A stretch of 64,000 nucleotides of DNA, taken from NCBI GenBank assembly GCA_963664395.2, contig OY761159.2, positions 320,001-384,000 on the forward strand. Reading direction: 5' to 3'. This DNA is from Candidatus Binatia bacterium (GTDB lineage Bacteria > Desulfobacterota > Binatia > Bin18). The translations under genes were made by a program, and so were the position numbers. The notes below the pieces were generated by a model. It had not been told where the DNA came from, ran no database searches, and saw only the letters and a program-made list of their open reading frames with translations. Below are positions 38,293-47,716 of the stretch, in pieces (the first letter of the stretch is position 1; each line of letters opens with the position of its first letter).

Positions 38293-38309
38293 ACAGACCG
38301 GACTGTCAA
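38293..38309 (-). promoter_or_regulatory. TTGACA -35 overlapped by a near-palindromic operator upstream of the YCF48-RND operon
   Basis: ACAGACCGGACTGT (38293-38306) overlaps TGTCAA (38304-38309). The -10 is weak. Confidence 0.45.
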
Positions 38310-38354
38310 GGGACCCCTCAGGAACCTCTTCATCAGCATGATTGAAGGCATTTC

Positions 38355-38774
38355 TTATTCAATTTTTTGTTTATATCGAATGGCTAAACCAACCAGTTGG
38401 AATTCGTAGTCCGCCCGGCTTCTGTAATCTCTGACCGTACTCATGCCGGTATGCTGCGCGGTGGTTTCGTCCTGGAACTCCCCAGCCTTCATTCTTTCGA
38501 GAATGATTGCCTCCGCCCCAATAGAACACGCCTCACGATGCAGCGCATTTTGCATGGCCTCCATGCCGGTGCCTTGATTGCCATACGTTTTCACACGCGC
38601 AATCACTTCATGCGGCAATGCGGGAGGAGAAGAAAGAATAGGAATCCTGCAATTCGTGGCAATAAATTCGACGGGCAGTGCCCCCACCTGTTCGGTTAAA
38701 ACCAGGGGCTTTGTCGGCCGATTCACGCATCCGGCCAGGGCGCAGCCAACCAGAACTGTCAAAAGAACTTTCAA
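38355..38774 (-). CDS. Hypothetical lipoprotein
   Basis: Lipobox LAGC; LHREACSIGAEAII and GLAIRY resemble YbjQ/heavy-metal-binding-like domains. Confidence 0.65.
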   Translation of the reverse strand: MKVLLTVLVGCALAGCVNRPTKPLVLTEQVGALPVEFIATNCRIPILSSPPALPHEVIARVKTYGNQGTGMEAMQNALHREACSIGAEAIILERMKAGEFQDETTAQHTGMSTVRDYRSRADYEFQLVGLAIRYKQKIE

Positions 38775-38969
38775 TGCTTTTACTAACGGGGCCCATCAGG
38801 CCCCTCAAGTCTTCTAGGGAATAACAAGCGCTTGTATCATATGCGCACGGGCTACTCTACTCTTGTACGATGAATTATCGAGATACATTATACTAATCGT
38901 TTTTATTCCCCATTGAACGGGGAAAGTAAAGCGGACAGAACCGTATAGGGCCGCGAGGAGATTCTTCAC

Positions 38970-40001
38970 ATGGCGCACATCCAGTCAGGCCAGTCATTGA
39001 AATGGGGCGTTCTTTTTAATGGAGATAAGCTTGCCCTCGAAACTATTGTCAGCTTTGCTACGCAGGCAGAAGACGCCGGAGCGGAAAGCATTTGGACCGC
39101 TGAGCTGTGGCGGGATGCTTTTGTGCCGCTGACCGCCATAGCCAATGCTGTCCGGACCGTCCGCCTCGGGACGGCAGTCGCCCATTTTGCTCGTCCGCCC
39201 ATGTTGACAGAGTTAGCTGCGATGTCACTCGCCGAATACACCCAAGGACGTTTCATTCTGGGACTTGGGACCGCTCCGAAAGACTGGAACGAGAAGTGGC
39301 ACGGCTTGGAGTACCGCAAACCCGTTGCTCGGATGCGGGAGTATGTTGAGTGTATCCGCACCATGTGGCAAGGCTCACCAACGCAGGCAGTCCAGTATGC
39401 AGGCGAATTTTATCAGGTGCGCGACTACCAGCGTCTCACTGCGCCCGTCTATTCAGGCATCCCTATTTATCTGGCAGCGGTTCTGCCCAATATGATCCAG
39501 CTCGCCGGGGCACTTGCCGACGGCATTATCCTCAACGTTCTCAATAGCCCGAGATATTTTACCGATGTGGTGCATCCGAATCTGAAAAAAGGCTTCAGCC
39601 GCAGCGGGCGAGACAGAGACGGATTCGAGCTGTGCGCAGTGAAATGCTGTGCGGTGAATAACAACCGTCAGCAGGCGCGTGATTTGGCCAGACATGCCGT
39701 CGCCTTTTACTCCACCCTGCCCTATTTCGATGTGGTCCTCGATCCTCTGGGCTTTACCGAGGCGAAGCTCACCATCCGAGACGCGATGAAACGGAATGAC
39801 GTTTCGACCATGCTTGCGGCCGTGAGTGACGATATGGTTGACGCCCTTGTCCTGGCAGGGACACCCGATGATGTCCGGCAGCAGCTGAGCGCATTCGAGG
39901 GCTTGTTTGACACGCTGCTCTTGCTCAGCCCCTCTTTTGCCGCCGACCCGGAAGAGGTGCGTCACAATAACGCCGCGATGATTGCCGCCTTTGCCGAATA
40001 A
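38970..40001 (+). CDS. LLM-class flavin-dependent oxidoreductase
   Basis: AEDAGAESIWTAE, LGTAV, GRFILGLG and GTPDDVR motifs. Confidence 0.9.
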   Translation: MAHIQSGQSLKWGVLFNGDKLALETIVSFATQAEDAGAESIWTAELWRDAFVPLTAIANAVRTVRLGTAVAHFARPPMLTELAAMSLAEYTQGRFILGLGTAPKDWNEKWHGLEYRKPVARMREYVECIRTMWQGSPTQAVQYAGEFYQVRDYQRLTAPVYSGIPIYLAAVLPNMIQLAGALADGIILNVLNSPRYFTDVVHPNLKKGFSRSGRDRDGFELCAVKCCAVNNNRQQARDLARHAVAFYSTLPYFDVVLDPLGFTEAKLTIRDAMKRNDVSTMLAAVSDDMVDALVLAGTPDDVRQQLSAFEGLFDTLLLLSPSFAADPEEVRHNNAAMIAAFAE

Positions 40002-40038
40002 CGCTATGTAGATTTGACGCATTGAATGGAGGGTCACT

Positions 40039-41193
40039 ATGAAAGCGCAGCTCCAGCACGCTCTGCTCCCGACAGCCAGCCAGGATGAGTTGGCTCGGCA
40101 AAACTTTGTCCACAGCCTCAAGGTCCATCTGGCAACCAAAGTCTCACCTGGCAATAAGACCATTTACGAGCGCAAGGCGGCCCCCCGCTTTGCGCGTGAA
40201 CATCAGCGTCCTCCCCAAGGTCGGCATGAAGTCCGGAGCGTCATGCAGGACGAACCCTATTACCAAATGTGGAGCACGCTGCTGCGGACCAGTCAGGAAA
40301 TGATGTGGGATGCGGTCAATGTGAGCGTAGAACGTCAACTCCCGCAGCTCCGGGAGCGCGCCGCAACAAATGGGAATGCGCGCGGCTCTCTCACTCTGAA
40401 TCCGGACTTGGAAATTCCGTCCTACCACACGGCGGTAGACATTCACTGTCAGCCAGGCGGCTACCACACAGAGCTGGGACAAGACGACGTGGCCGCCGGA
40501 GCGACCTATGACCGGGCCGTCTACATCTACGCCATGAGCCGCTTAGGAACATTGAACGACGAAATGGGACAGTCGGTTGTGCTGCACCTCAAAGAGCAGC
40601 ATCCGAACTTCCAGCCCCGTCGCATCCTGGATATGGGCTGCACCGTCGGACATAGCACCCTGCCCTATGTTGATGCCTATCCCGAAGCCGAAATCTTCGC
40701 GATTGACGTTGGCGCACCCGTCCTTCGCTATGCCCACGCCCGCGCCGAAGCACTCGGCAAACGCGTCCATTTCTCTCAGCAGAATGCGGAGCAGACCAAT
40801 TTTGAGGAGGGCTCGTTCGACCTCATCGTCTCGCATATTTTGCTGCATGAGACTTCGAGCAAAGCTATCCGCAATATTATGAAAGAGTGCCGCCGGTTGT
40901 TAAAACCAGGCGGGATGATGCTCCACCAAGAGGTGCCGCAGTATGAAGGCATGCCGCCCTACGAGGCTTTTATTCTCGACTGGGACACCTATAACAATAA
41001 CGAACCCTTCTGGGGGACGGTTCATTCCATGGACCTCCGGAAGCTCGCCGAAGAGTCCGGTTTTGCCGCACATAGTGTCATCCAGACGATGATCCCGAGT
41101 GCCCTGGAACGGGCACAAGCACGCACGGAGAAATTTCAAGGTGGCGATTTCGGCGGCGGTGGAGCGTGGTTCGTCTTTGGCGCTACCAAGTAG
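40039..41193 (+). CDS. Class I SAM-dependent methyltransferase with long N-terminal extension
   Basis: ILDMGCTVG, SFDLI, LLHE and RLLKPGG motifs; DIHCQPGGY in the extension. Confidence 0.88.
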   Translation: MKAQLQHALLPTASQDELARQNFVHSLKVHLATKVSPGNKTIYERKAAPRFAREHQRPPQGRHEVRSVMQDEPYYQMWSTLLRTSQEMMWDAVNVSVERQLPQLRERAATNGNARGSLTLNPDLEIPSYHTAVDIHCQPGGYHTELGQDDVAAGATYDRAVYIYAMSRLGTLNDEMGQSVVLHLKEQHPNFQPRRILDMGCTVGHSTLPYVDAYPEAEIFAIDVGAPVLRYAHARAEALGKRVHFSQQNAEQTNFEEGSFDLIVSHILLHETSSKAIRNIMKECRRLLKPGGMMLHQEVPQYEGMPPYEAFILDWDTYNNNEPFWGTVHSMDLRKLAEESGFAAHSVIQTMIPSALERAQARTEKFQGGDFGGGGAWFVFGATK

Positions 41194-41213
41194 CAGGGTA
41201 GCAGGAGATAGGC

Positions 41214-41546
41214 ATGCCGCGCAAAGCAAAAGGCAAGCGCCCGGCTTTTTTCGACGACCCCCAAATCGATACGGTTATGGGGATTGTCATGGCCCTGGCA
41301 GGCGAAGTGTCTGTGCTGCGGGAGCGCCTCGATACCATTGAGCATGTGGCTGCCGCCAAGGGACTTTTCACCCAGAAAGACATCGAAGCCTACCGTCCGG
41401 ATGATGCCGTCGTTACCGAACGGGAACGGTGGCGTGCGGAGTACCTCGAACGGGTCCTCCGCGTTGTGCATCAGGAGTTGGAAGAAACAGACAAAGGCGA
41501 AACCACGGAATCATACCAAGCCGCGGTGCGCGCGGTTTCGTCCTGA
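41214..41546 (+). CDS. Small helical hypothetical protein
   Basis: AGGAG RBS; AKGKRP.FF.DP.ID..LAGEV.VLRERLDT.E coiled-coil-like pattern. Confidence 0.75.
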   Translation: MPRKAKGKRPAFFDDPQIDTVMGIVMALAGEVSVLRERLDTIEHVAAAKGLFTQKDIEAYRPDDAVVTERERWRAEYLERVLRVVHQELEETDKGETTESYQAAVRAVSS

Positions 41547-41619
41547 CGGCCAGAGAGCACGGAAAAAAGCGACCAACCCGTACCCGTGCAGTCCCTGAAT
41601 CAGAAAGTGCAGGCTCTTC

Positions 41620-43674
41620 ATGCCCTTCAAACTTGGCGTTGACGTAGGTGGAACGTTTACTGATCTCGTCCTTTTTGACGAGGAGAGTGGCCGGCAAGTC
41701 CGAGCCAAAATTCCGTCTACCCCCGATGATCCATCAGTTGGCGTGCTTGCCGGTATTGATAAAATTTGCCACTTGGCCAATGTCTCACCCGGTGACATCG
41801 CCCAGATTATGCATGGGACGACCGTGGCAACCAACGCGGTCCTTGAGGGAAAAGGCGCGAAGGTTGGACTGATTACGACCCAGGGATTTAAGCAAATCCT
41901 CCATCTGGCTCGCTCCTGGACGCCGGGGCCACTCGCGGGCTGGATGATTATGGAGAAACCGGACCCGCCGGCGGCGCTGGAATATACTCGTGAGGCCATC
42001 GAACGCATGGACACCCGAGGTGAGGTGGTCACCCCACTGGACGAAGACGCGCTGCGAAAGGACCTGCAAGATTTAGGCGCACAAGGAATCGAAGCGCTGA
42101 CGATTTCTTTGATCAACTCGTATGCCAATCAAAGCCATGAAAAGCGCGCAAAAGAGATCGCCCAAGAGGTTCTGCCCAATACCCCTATTACCGCCTCATC
42201 AGAAGTGTTGCCGGAGTTTCGGGAATACGAACGCGCCCTGACCGCGGTGATGAATTCTTACGTGCGACCGAAGGTTGCCCAGTATATGAGCAGCTTTGCC
42301 GAGCAGTTAGCGGCGCATGGCCTGAAAGCAGACGTCAACATTCTCCGCTCTGACGCCGGCCTGATGACCTTGCGTATGGCGCAGGAACGGCCGGTATACG
42401 CCGTGATGTCAGGTCCGGCCGGTGGCGTCGCGGGGGCGCTGTATATTGCCAAAAAGGCAGGCTTCCCGCATTTGTTGACCCTCGATATGGGCGGCACGTC
42501 CACCGACGTGGCCCTGTGTCAGAATGGCAACCAGACTATTTCGCGTGAAACCACCCTGGGCTATTTCCCGATTAAGGTTCCTTCGGTCGATGTCCGCAGT
42601 ATCGGGGCCGGCGGCGGCTCCATTGCCCATGTGCCCGAAATTACCAGCGCGCTCCGGGTCGGTCCGCAGAGTGCCGGCGCCGTTCCCGGTCCGGCCAGCT
42701 ACGGCCAGGGTGGGACGGAGCCGACGGTGACAGACGCCAACGTTGTCCTTGGCCATCTCCCGCCCAATCTGCTGGGCGGAGAAATGACGCTGGATACGGA
42801 AGCCGCCACCGCTTCCGTTGAGCGGATTGGGAAAAAACTCGGCCTTGACGTGTATCAAACCGCCCAGGGCATTTTGGACATCGTGAATGAGAACATGCAC
42901 GGTGCCTTGCGTCTGGTCTCCGTCCAGCGCGGCTACGATCCACGTAATTTCGCCCTGGCCGCGTTTGGTGGCGCCGGTCCGCTGCACGCCAACGCGGTGG
43001 CCAAGCTGATCGGCTCATTCCCGGTTATCGTCCCCCCCGCACCGGGCATTTTATGCGCAATGGGCGATGTGTGTTGCGACTACCGTGAAGAATTCTCCCG
43101 GACCGTCTTCCGCACCCTGGATAGGATCACCGCGCCGGAGGTCATTGAGATACTCGAAGGGCTGAGCGCAGAGGCGACCGGCTGGTTGGAGCAGGAAGGC
43201 ATCTCTCGACAGCAGCAGCGGATTTTCTATAACGCCGACATGCGCTACTTCCGCCAGGGCTATGAACTACCGATGACGACAACGCTCGATGAGTTGCAAA
43301 CCAACGGAACGGCGGCGCTGGCGGAACAATTTCACGCCCTGCACGAACAGCTCTACCGCTTTCGTCTGGATGCCGAATGTGAAATCGTCAATCTTCGCGC
43401 AGTTGCCCTTGGCACGGGAACGACGTTGCACTGGCCCGAAGGCGAAATCGATGGACCGTCCGCGGCTCACGCCCAGGTTGACGAACACCGGATTTATTTT
43501 GATGGCGACTTTCTGACCACCTCGATTTATGATCGGGCCAAGCTCAAGCCAGGCAACCAACTGCCCGGTCCGGCGATTGTGACCGAGATGGACTCCACCA
43601 CGGTCGTCCTGCCGGATTATGCAGCAGAGGTGGACCGCTATGCGAATATCCTGATCCGACCAAGTCAGGATTAA
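41620..43674 (+). CDS. Hydantoinase A/oxoprolinase family protein
   Basis: GVDVGGTFTD, HGTTVATNA, SGPAGG, DMGGTST and GAGGGSIA motifs. Confidence 0.93.
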   Translation: MPFKLGVDVGGTFTDLVLFDEESGRQVRAKIPSTPDDPSVGVLAGIDKICHLANVSPGDIAQIMHGTTVATNAVLEGKGAKVGLITTQGFKQILHLARSWTPGPLAGWMIMEKPDPPAALEYTREAIERMDTRGEVVTPLDEDALRKDLQDLGAQGIEALTISLINSYANQSHEKRAKEIAQEVLPNTPITASSEVLPEFREYERALTAVMNSYVRPKVAQYMSSFAEQLAAHGLKADVNILRSDAGLMTLRMAQERPVYAVMSGPAGGVAGALYIAKKAGFPHLLTLDMGGTSTDVALCQNGNQTISRETTLGYFPIKVPSVDVRSIGAGGGSIAHVPEITSALRVGPQSAGAVPGPASYGQGGTEPTVTDANVVLGHLPPNLLGGEMTLDTEAATASVERIGKKLGLDVYQTAQGILDIVNENMHGALRLVSVQRGYDPRNFALAAFGGAGPLHANAVAKLIGSFPVIVPPAPGILCAMGDVCCDYREEFSRTVFRTLDRITAPEVIEILEGLSAEATGWLEQEGISRQQQRIFYNADMRYFRQGYELPMTTTLDELQTNGTAALAEQFHALHEQLYRFRLDAECEIVNLRAVALGTGTTLHWPEGEIDGPSAAHAQVDEHRIYFDGDFLTTSIYDRAKLKPGNQLPGPAIVTEMDSTTVVLPDYAAEVDRYANILIRPSQD

Positions 43675-43718
43675 GATTGAGTAGTATATCCGGTAGAATC
43701 AGGCTGACTGGGCTAAAT

Positions 43719-44048
43719 ATGAGTCTCCTGCACGACGCAAAAAAACTTCTGGAAGCTATGTCTCCCGAGGAGAGGACGCAACTATTGGAATGGGCTGTCC
43801 GCGACCTCACTGACACCCATCCTGGGATCGAAACAACTGCTGGTGTGTGTGGAGGGGCGGCCTGCCTTGCCGGAACCCGTATCCCCGTCTGGATTTTAGA
43901 GCAGTACCGTCGTTCCGGGGCGAGGGACGCAGAACTCTTGCACTCCTATCCAGGCTTGCGGGCCGAGGACCTCGTTCATGCGTGGGCCTATGTCCGCTCC
44001 CATCGGAATGAGATTGAGCAACACATCCGGGAAAATGAGGCCGCCTAG
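43719..44048 (+). CDS. DUF433 family antitoxin-like protein
   Basis: GVCGGAACLAGTRIPVW and YPGLRAEDL..A.AY motifs. Confidence 0.88.
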   Translation: MSLLHDAKKLLEAMSPEERTQLLEWAVRDLTDTHPGIETTAGVCGGAACLAGTRIPVWILEQYRRSGARDAELLHSYPGLRAEDLVHAWAYVRSHRNEIEQHIRENEAA

Positions 44049-44051
44049 CCT

Positions 44052-44402
44052 ATGGCGCGCTTATATGGGGATGAAAATTTTCCATACCCTGTGGTTTTGG
44101 CCCTGCGCCGTTTGGGGCACGATGTACTCACTGCTCAGGAGGCAGGGAAAGCGGGGCAAAAAATACAAGACGAAATTGTTTTGGCTGACGCCACTGCGGA
44201 CGGGCGGGCCATATTGACTCATAACCGGAAAGACTTCATCCACTTACACAATCAAGAACCCAGCCATTCAGGAATCATTGTGTGCACCATTGATTTGGAT
44301 TTTGAAGGCGTAGCCGACCGTATTGACGCGGAGATTCGCTTGTATCCCGAGTTGACGAATCGCCTAATTCGAGTGAACCGCTCTAGGGCCGGAAGAGCTT
44401 GA
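44052..44402 (+). CDS. DUF5615 PIN-like toxin
   Basis: LYGDENFP..VV.ALR.LGHDV, D..VL..A...GR.ILTHN.KDF and HSGII motifs. Confidence 0.88.
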   Translation: MARLYGDENFPYPVVLALRRLGHDVLTAQEAGKAGQKIQDEIVLADATADGRAILTHNRKDFIHLHNQEPSHSGIIVCTIDLDFEGVADRIDAEIRLYPELTNRLIRVNRSRAGRA

Positions 44403-44418
44403 CGAGAGGAGCAGTATC

Positions 44419-46308
44419 ATGCGCGATGTAAAAATTGCTGAAATTCCAGAGATCGAGGTCGATCCCATTACGCTCGACATTATCGAGAGTGCACTCAAGA
44501 ACTACCGCCATGAAATGGATGCGGTGCTGTTCCGCACGGCCATGTCGCCGGTGATCCGGGAGCAGCACGACGAATTTCCCATGATCTGCGACCCCAACGG
44601 CCGGATGGTCGTCGGGCAATTCGGCTCCTATATCCGGGAGATGATGGAGCGCTTTGACCAGCCGCTCTATCCCGGTGATGTCATTTTGCTCAACGACCCC
44701 TATCTGTGCGGGGGGGCCATTTCCCACATCAACGACTTTCTCGTGCTGGTGCCCGTCTTTGACGGTGACGAACTCATCGGTTGGACTTCGATGTTCGGCC
44801 ATCAAATGGACGTGGGCGGCCCGCTGCCCGGCTCGTTTCCAACCAACGCGACCTCAATCTTTGGCGAGGGGTTACGCATTCCGCCCGTCAAACTGTTTGA
44901 AAAAGGAGAACTCAACCGGGCCGTCCTCGATCTTATTTTGAACAATGTCCGCATTCCGATGATGAACCGCTCGGATCTCATGGGGATTGTGGCCGGCTGC
45001 AAAACCGCCGAACAGCGCGTGCAGGAACTGTGTGAGCGCTTTGGGCGTGCGACGTATCTGGCCGCCTGCCAGGCGTTGCTGGATCGGACCTACCGGGCCG
45101 TCCAGACCCTCATCCGGCACAATATTCCGACTGAGCCCCAGTCTTTCGAAGACTATGTTGATGATGACGGACTCGGCAACGGTCCGTTCAAAATGAAGCT
45201 CACCATCTGGCGTGAGGGCGATAAGGCGATCTTCGATTGGACCGGTACCGACCCGCAGGCCGTTGGACCGATCAATTTTTATCTCAATCCGGGCATGTTC
45301 AAGATGTTCATCGGCGTCTACCTCATCATGGTCTACGATCCCCAGATTTTGTTTAACGACGGCTTTTACGATCTGATTGACGCGCGGATGCCGGACGGCT
45401 CCCTCCTCCATCCGAAATTCCCCGCTCCGCTGGGCTGCCGCACCCATGCCCTGGCCCGCCTGTTTGATGTCATGGGCGGCTGTCTCGGCCAACAGAGCCC
45501 GGAACTGACGACCGCGGCCGGCTACGGCACCAGTCCCCATTTGCTGTACAGCGGCAACGATAAGGATGACAACTTCTTCTTCATTATGGAAATCGGCTAT
45601 GGCGGCATTCCGGGCCGACCGATTGGCGACGGTATGGATGGTCACTCCTGGTGGCCGCTCTTCACCAATATTCCGACCGAATACCTCGAAAGCTATTGCC
45701 CCATACGCGTAGATCGCTATTCGTCCGTCATCGACTCCGGCGGAGCCGGTTTGCATCGGGGTGGGAACGGCATCGACAAATGGTACACCTTTCTCGAACA
45801 TGGTGAGATCGCCATTCACGACGACCGCTGGCTGACTCCCCCCTGGGGGATACTCGGGGGGAAACCGGGGATGCGCTCGACGAAAATCCTGGTCCACACC
45901 GCTGGAACCCGTACCGTCCTGCCCTCAAAATGCGACCAGATTAAAGTCGAACCAGGCGACCAGCTCATCTTCCAAACCGCAGGCGGCGGCGGCTGGGGTG
46001 ACCCACTGGAACGCGACATCGAAAAAGTCCGGGTTGATGTCGTGCGCGAGTTGGTGTCCGTGGAAAAGGCCGCATCCGATTACGGCGTGGTGTACGACCC
46101 GGCAACGTCTGAAGTGGACGAGGACGCCACACGAGTACTGCGTCAGCGCATGAAAGAGAGCCGGGGCGAGATACATACGTTCGATTTTGGCCCGCCCCTC
46201 CAGGAACTCCTGGCACGCTGTAAAGAGGAGACTGGACTGGAGCCGCCCACGGCTCCCAGCTTACCGCCGGGCTGGGAAACAAACGGAGTGAAGAAAGTCG
46301 CGGCCTGA
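44419..46308 (+). CDS. Hydantoinase B/oxoprolinase family protein
   Basis: DPITLDII, RTAMSPVIRE, NDPY..SHIND and DSGGAGLHRGG motifs. Confidence 0.93.
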   Translation: MRDVKIAEIPEIEVDPITLDIIESALKNYRHEMDAVLFRTAMSPVIREQHDEFPMICDPNGRMVVGQFGSYIREMMERFDQPLYPGDVILLNDPYLCGGAISHINDFLVLVPVFDGDELIGWTSMFGHQMDVGGPLPGSFPTNATSIFGEGLRIPPVKLFEKGELNRAVLDLILNNVRIPMMNRSDLMGIVAGCKTAEQRVQELCERFGRATYLAACQALLDRTYRAVQTLIRHNIPTEPQSFEDYVDDDGLGNGPFKMKLTIWREGDKAIFDWTGTDPQAVGPINFYLNPGMFKMFIGVYLIMVYDPQILFNDGFYDLIDARMPDGSLLHPKFPAPLGCRTHALARLFDVMGGCLGQQSPELTTAAGYGTSPHLLYSGNDKDDNFFFIMEIGYGGIPGRPIGDGMDGHSWWPLFTNIPTEYLESYCPIRVDRYSSVIDSGGAGLHRGGNGIDKWYTFLEHGEIAIHDDRWLTPPWGILGGKPGMRSTKILVHTAGTRTVLPSKCDQIKVEPGDQLIFQTAGGGGWGDPLERDIEKVRVDVVRELVSVEKAASDYGVVYDPATSEVDEDATRVLRQRMKESRGEIHTFDFGPPLQELLARCKEETGLEPPTAPSLPPGWETNGVKKVAA

Positions 46309-46340
46309 CCTCTTCTCTTTCCTTACTCTTCAGGGAGAAG

Positions 46341-46895
46341 ATGAAAATCGGGGAAATCCGAGCACGCGCCGTTCATGTGAGACCGATGAAAACCCTCAAC
46401 GCTCCTCCGGCCGGTTTGAATCGGAAAACCTTGGGCGTGCTCGCCCTCGCCTTCCTTTTTCCCTTTTCCTGCGACCAACTCCGCACCCAGCCGCTGACCG
46501 GACACCGCGATATTGCAGCCGCCCTGCGGCCATTGCTGGACCTTGCCTATGCCGGACTGGATTATCCGACCTACCATGCCGAGTTCCAAGCATTTCAAAA
46601 TGTTGTGCAGCAAAAGATAGCGGTCACACCCCACGAAATGCGGCCGTACGTCGAGACCATCGTGGCCTATCTGCACGTCGCAGACAACGTGCTGGAGTGG
46701 CAGGCGCAACAACACCCAGAGCAGCAGCCACCCCAGCTCACAACCTGGACAGCCCGCCATCCATTTCTTAAAGCGGCAATTGGTGCCCGGCTCGAAGCGC
46801 CGCATGCCTTTGATGCGGAAACCGCACTACAGCTGCTGTTTGAAAAAACGGACCAGACCCTCGTAGCCATGCAAGTGAAGAACAAACCCATCTAA
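46341..46895 (+). CDS. Hypothetical, probable lipoprotein
   Basis: Hydrophobic stretch ending PFSC. The start may instead be 46386. Confidence 0.55.
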   Translation: MKIGEIRARAVHVRPMKTLNAPPAGLNRKTLGVLALAFLFPFSCDQLRTQPLTGHRDIAAALRPLLDLAYAGLDYPTYHAEFQAFQNVVQQKIAVTPHEMRPYVETIVAYLHVADNVLEWQAQQHPEQQPPQLTTWTARHPFLKAAIGARLEAPHAFDAETALQLLFEKTDQTLVAMQVKNKPI

Positions 46896-46912
46896 AAAGC
46901 GAGGAGAGACCA

Positions 46913-47668
46913 ATGGGAAAGCTCGACAATAAAATTGCCCTCATCACCGGCTCAAGCAGCGGTATTGGAAAAGCGGTCGCCCTGGCCTTTGCCACAGAGG
47001 GGGCCGACCTTGCGCTCAACTACCCGAATGACACGCAGGCCGACAATGCCGCAGCGGTACAGAAAGATATTGAAGCCCTGGGCCGTCGGGTTGTCGCCAT
47101 CCGGGCGGACGTTTCCCAGGAAGACGAGGTGCAACACCTCGTTGGTACGACGCTACAGACCTATGGCCGTATCGACATTCTGGTCAACAACGCCGGGATT
47201 GCCTCCGCCGCAACCGTCGGGGACATGCCGGTTTCCATGTGGGACCAGATGTTGGCCGTCAACCTGAGAAGTGTCTTTCTGTGTACGCGCCTGGTCTTAC
47301 CGCTCATGTATAAACAGGACTACGGCAAAATTATCAGCACGGCCTCGCAACTCGCCTATCTCGGCTCGCCCGGCCTGAGTCATTATTGTGCGGCCAAGGC
47401 GGCCATCATTGCGTTTACCCGCTCGCTGTCGCGTGAGATCGGCACCCGTAATATCAATGCGAATTGCGTCGGCCCCGGCGCGACGCAGACACCCATCCTC
47501 CAGGGCATCAGCAGCGAGGCGCTTGAGGCGATTCAGGCCAGTATCCCTAAGGGCCATCTGGCAACGGTTGACGATATTGCGCCGACCTATGTCTTTCTGG
47601 CCTCTGACGAATCGAGCCACTATGTCGGGCAATGCCTCAGCCCTAACGGCGGAGATATCATGCTCTAA
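46913..47668 (+). CDS. SDR family oxidoreductase (FabG-like)
   Basis: TGSSSGIG, NNAG and YCAAK motifs. Confidence 0.92.
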   Translation: MGKLDNKIALITGSSSGIGKAVALAFATEGADLALNYPNDTQADNAAAVQKDIEALGRRVVAIRADVSQEDEVQHLVGTTLQTYGRIDILVNNAGIASAATVGDMPVSMWDQMLAVNLRSVFLCTRLVLPLMYKQDYGKIISTASQLAYLGSPGLSHYCAAKAAIIAFTRSLSREIGTRNINANCVGPGATQTPILQGISSEALEAIQASIPKGHLATVDDIAPTYVFLASDESSHYVGQCLSPNGGDIML

Positions 47669-47716
47669 ATTCGCGTCCCTTGCTCCTCCCCACTGCCGCC
47701 TATAGACTCAGCCGCC

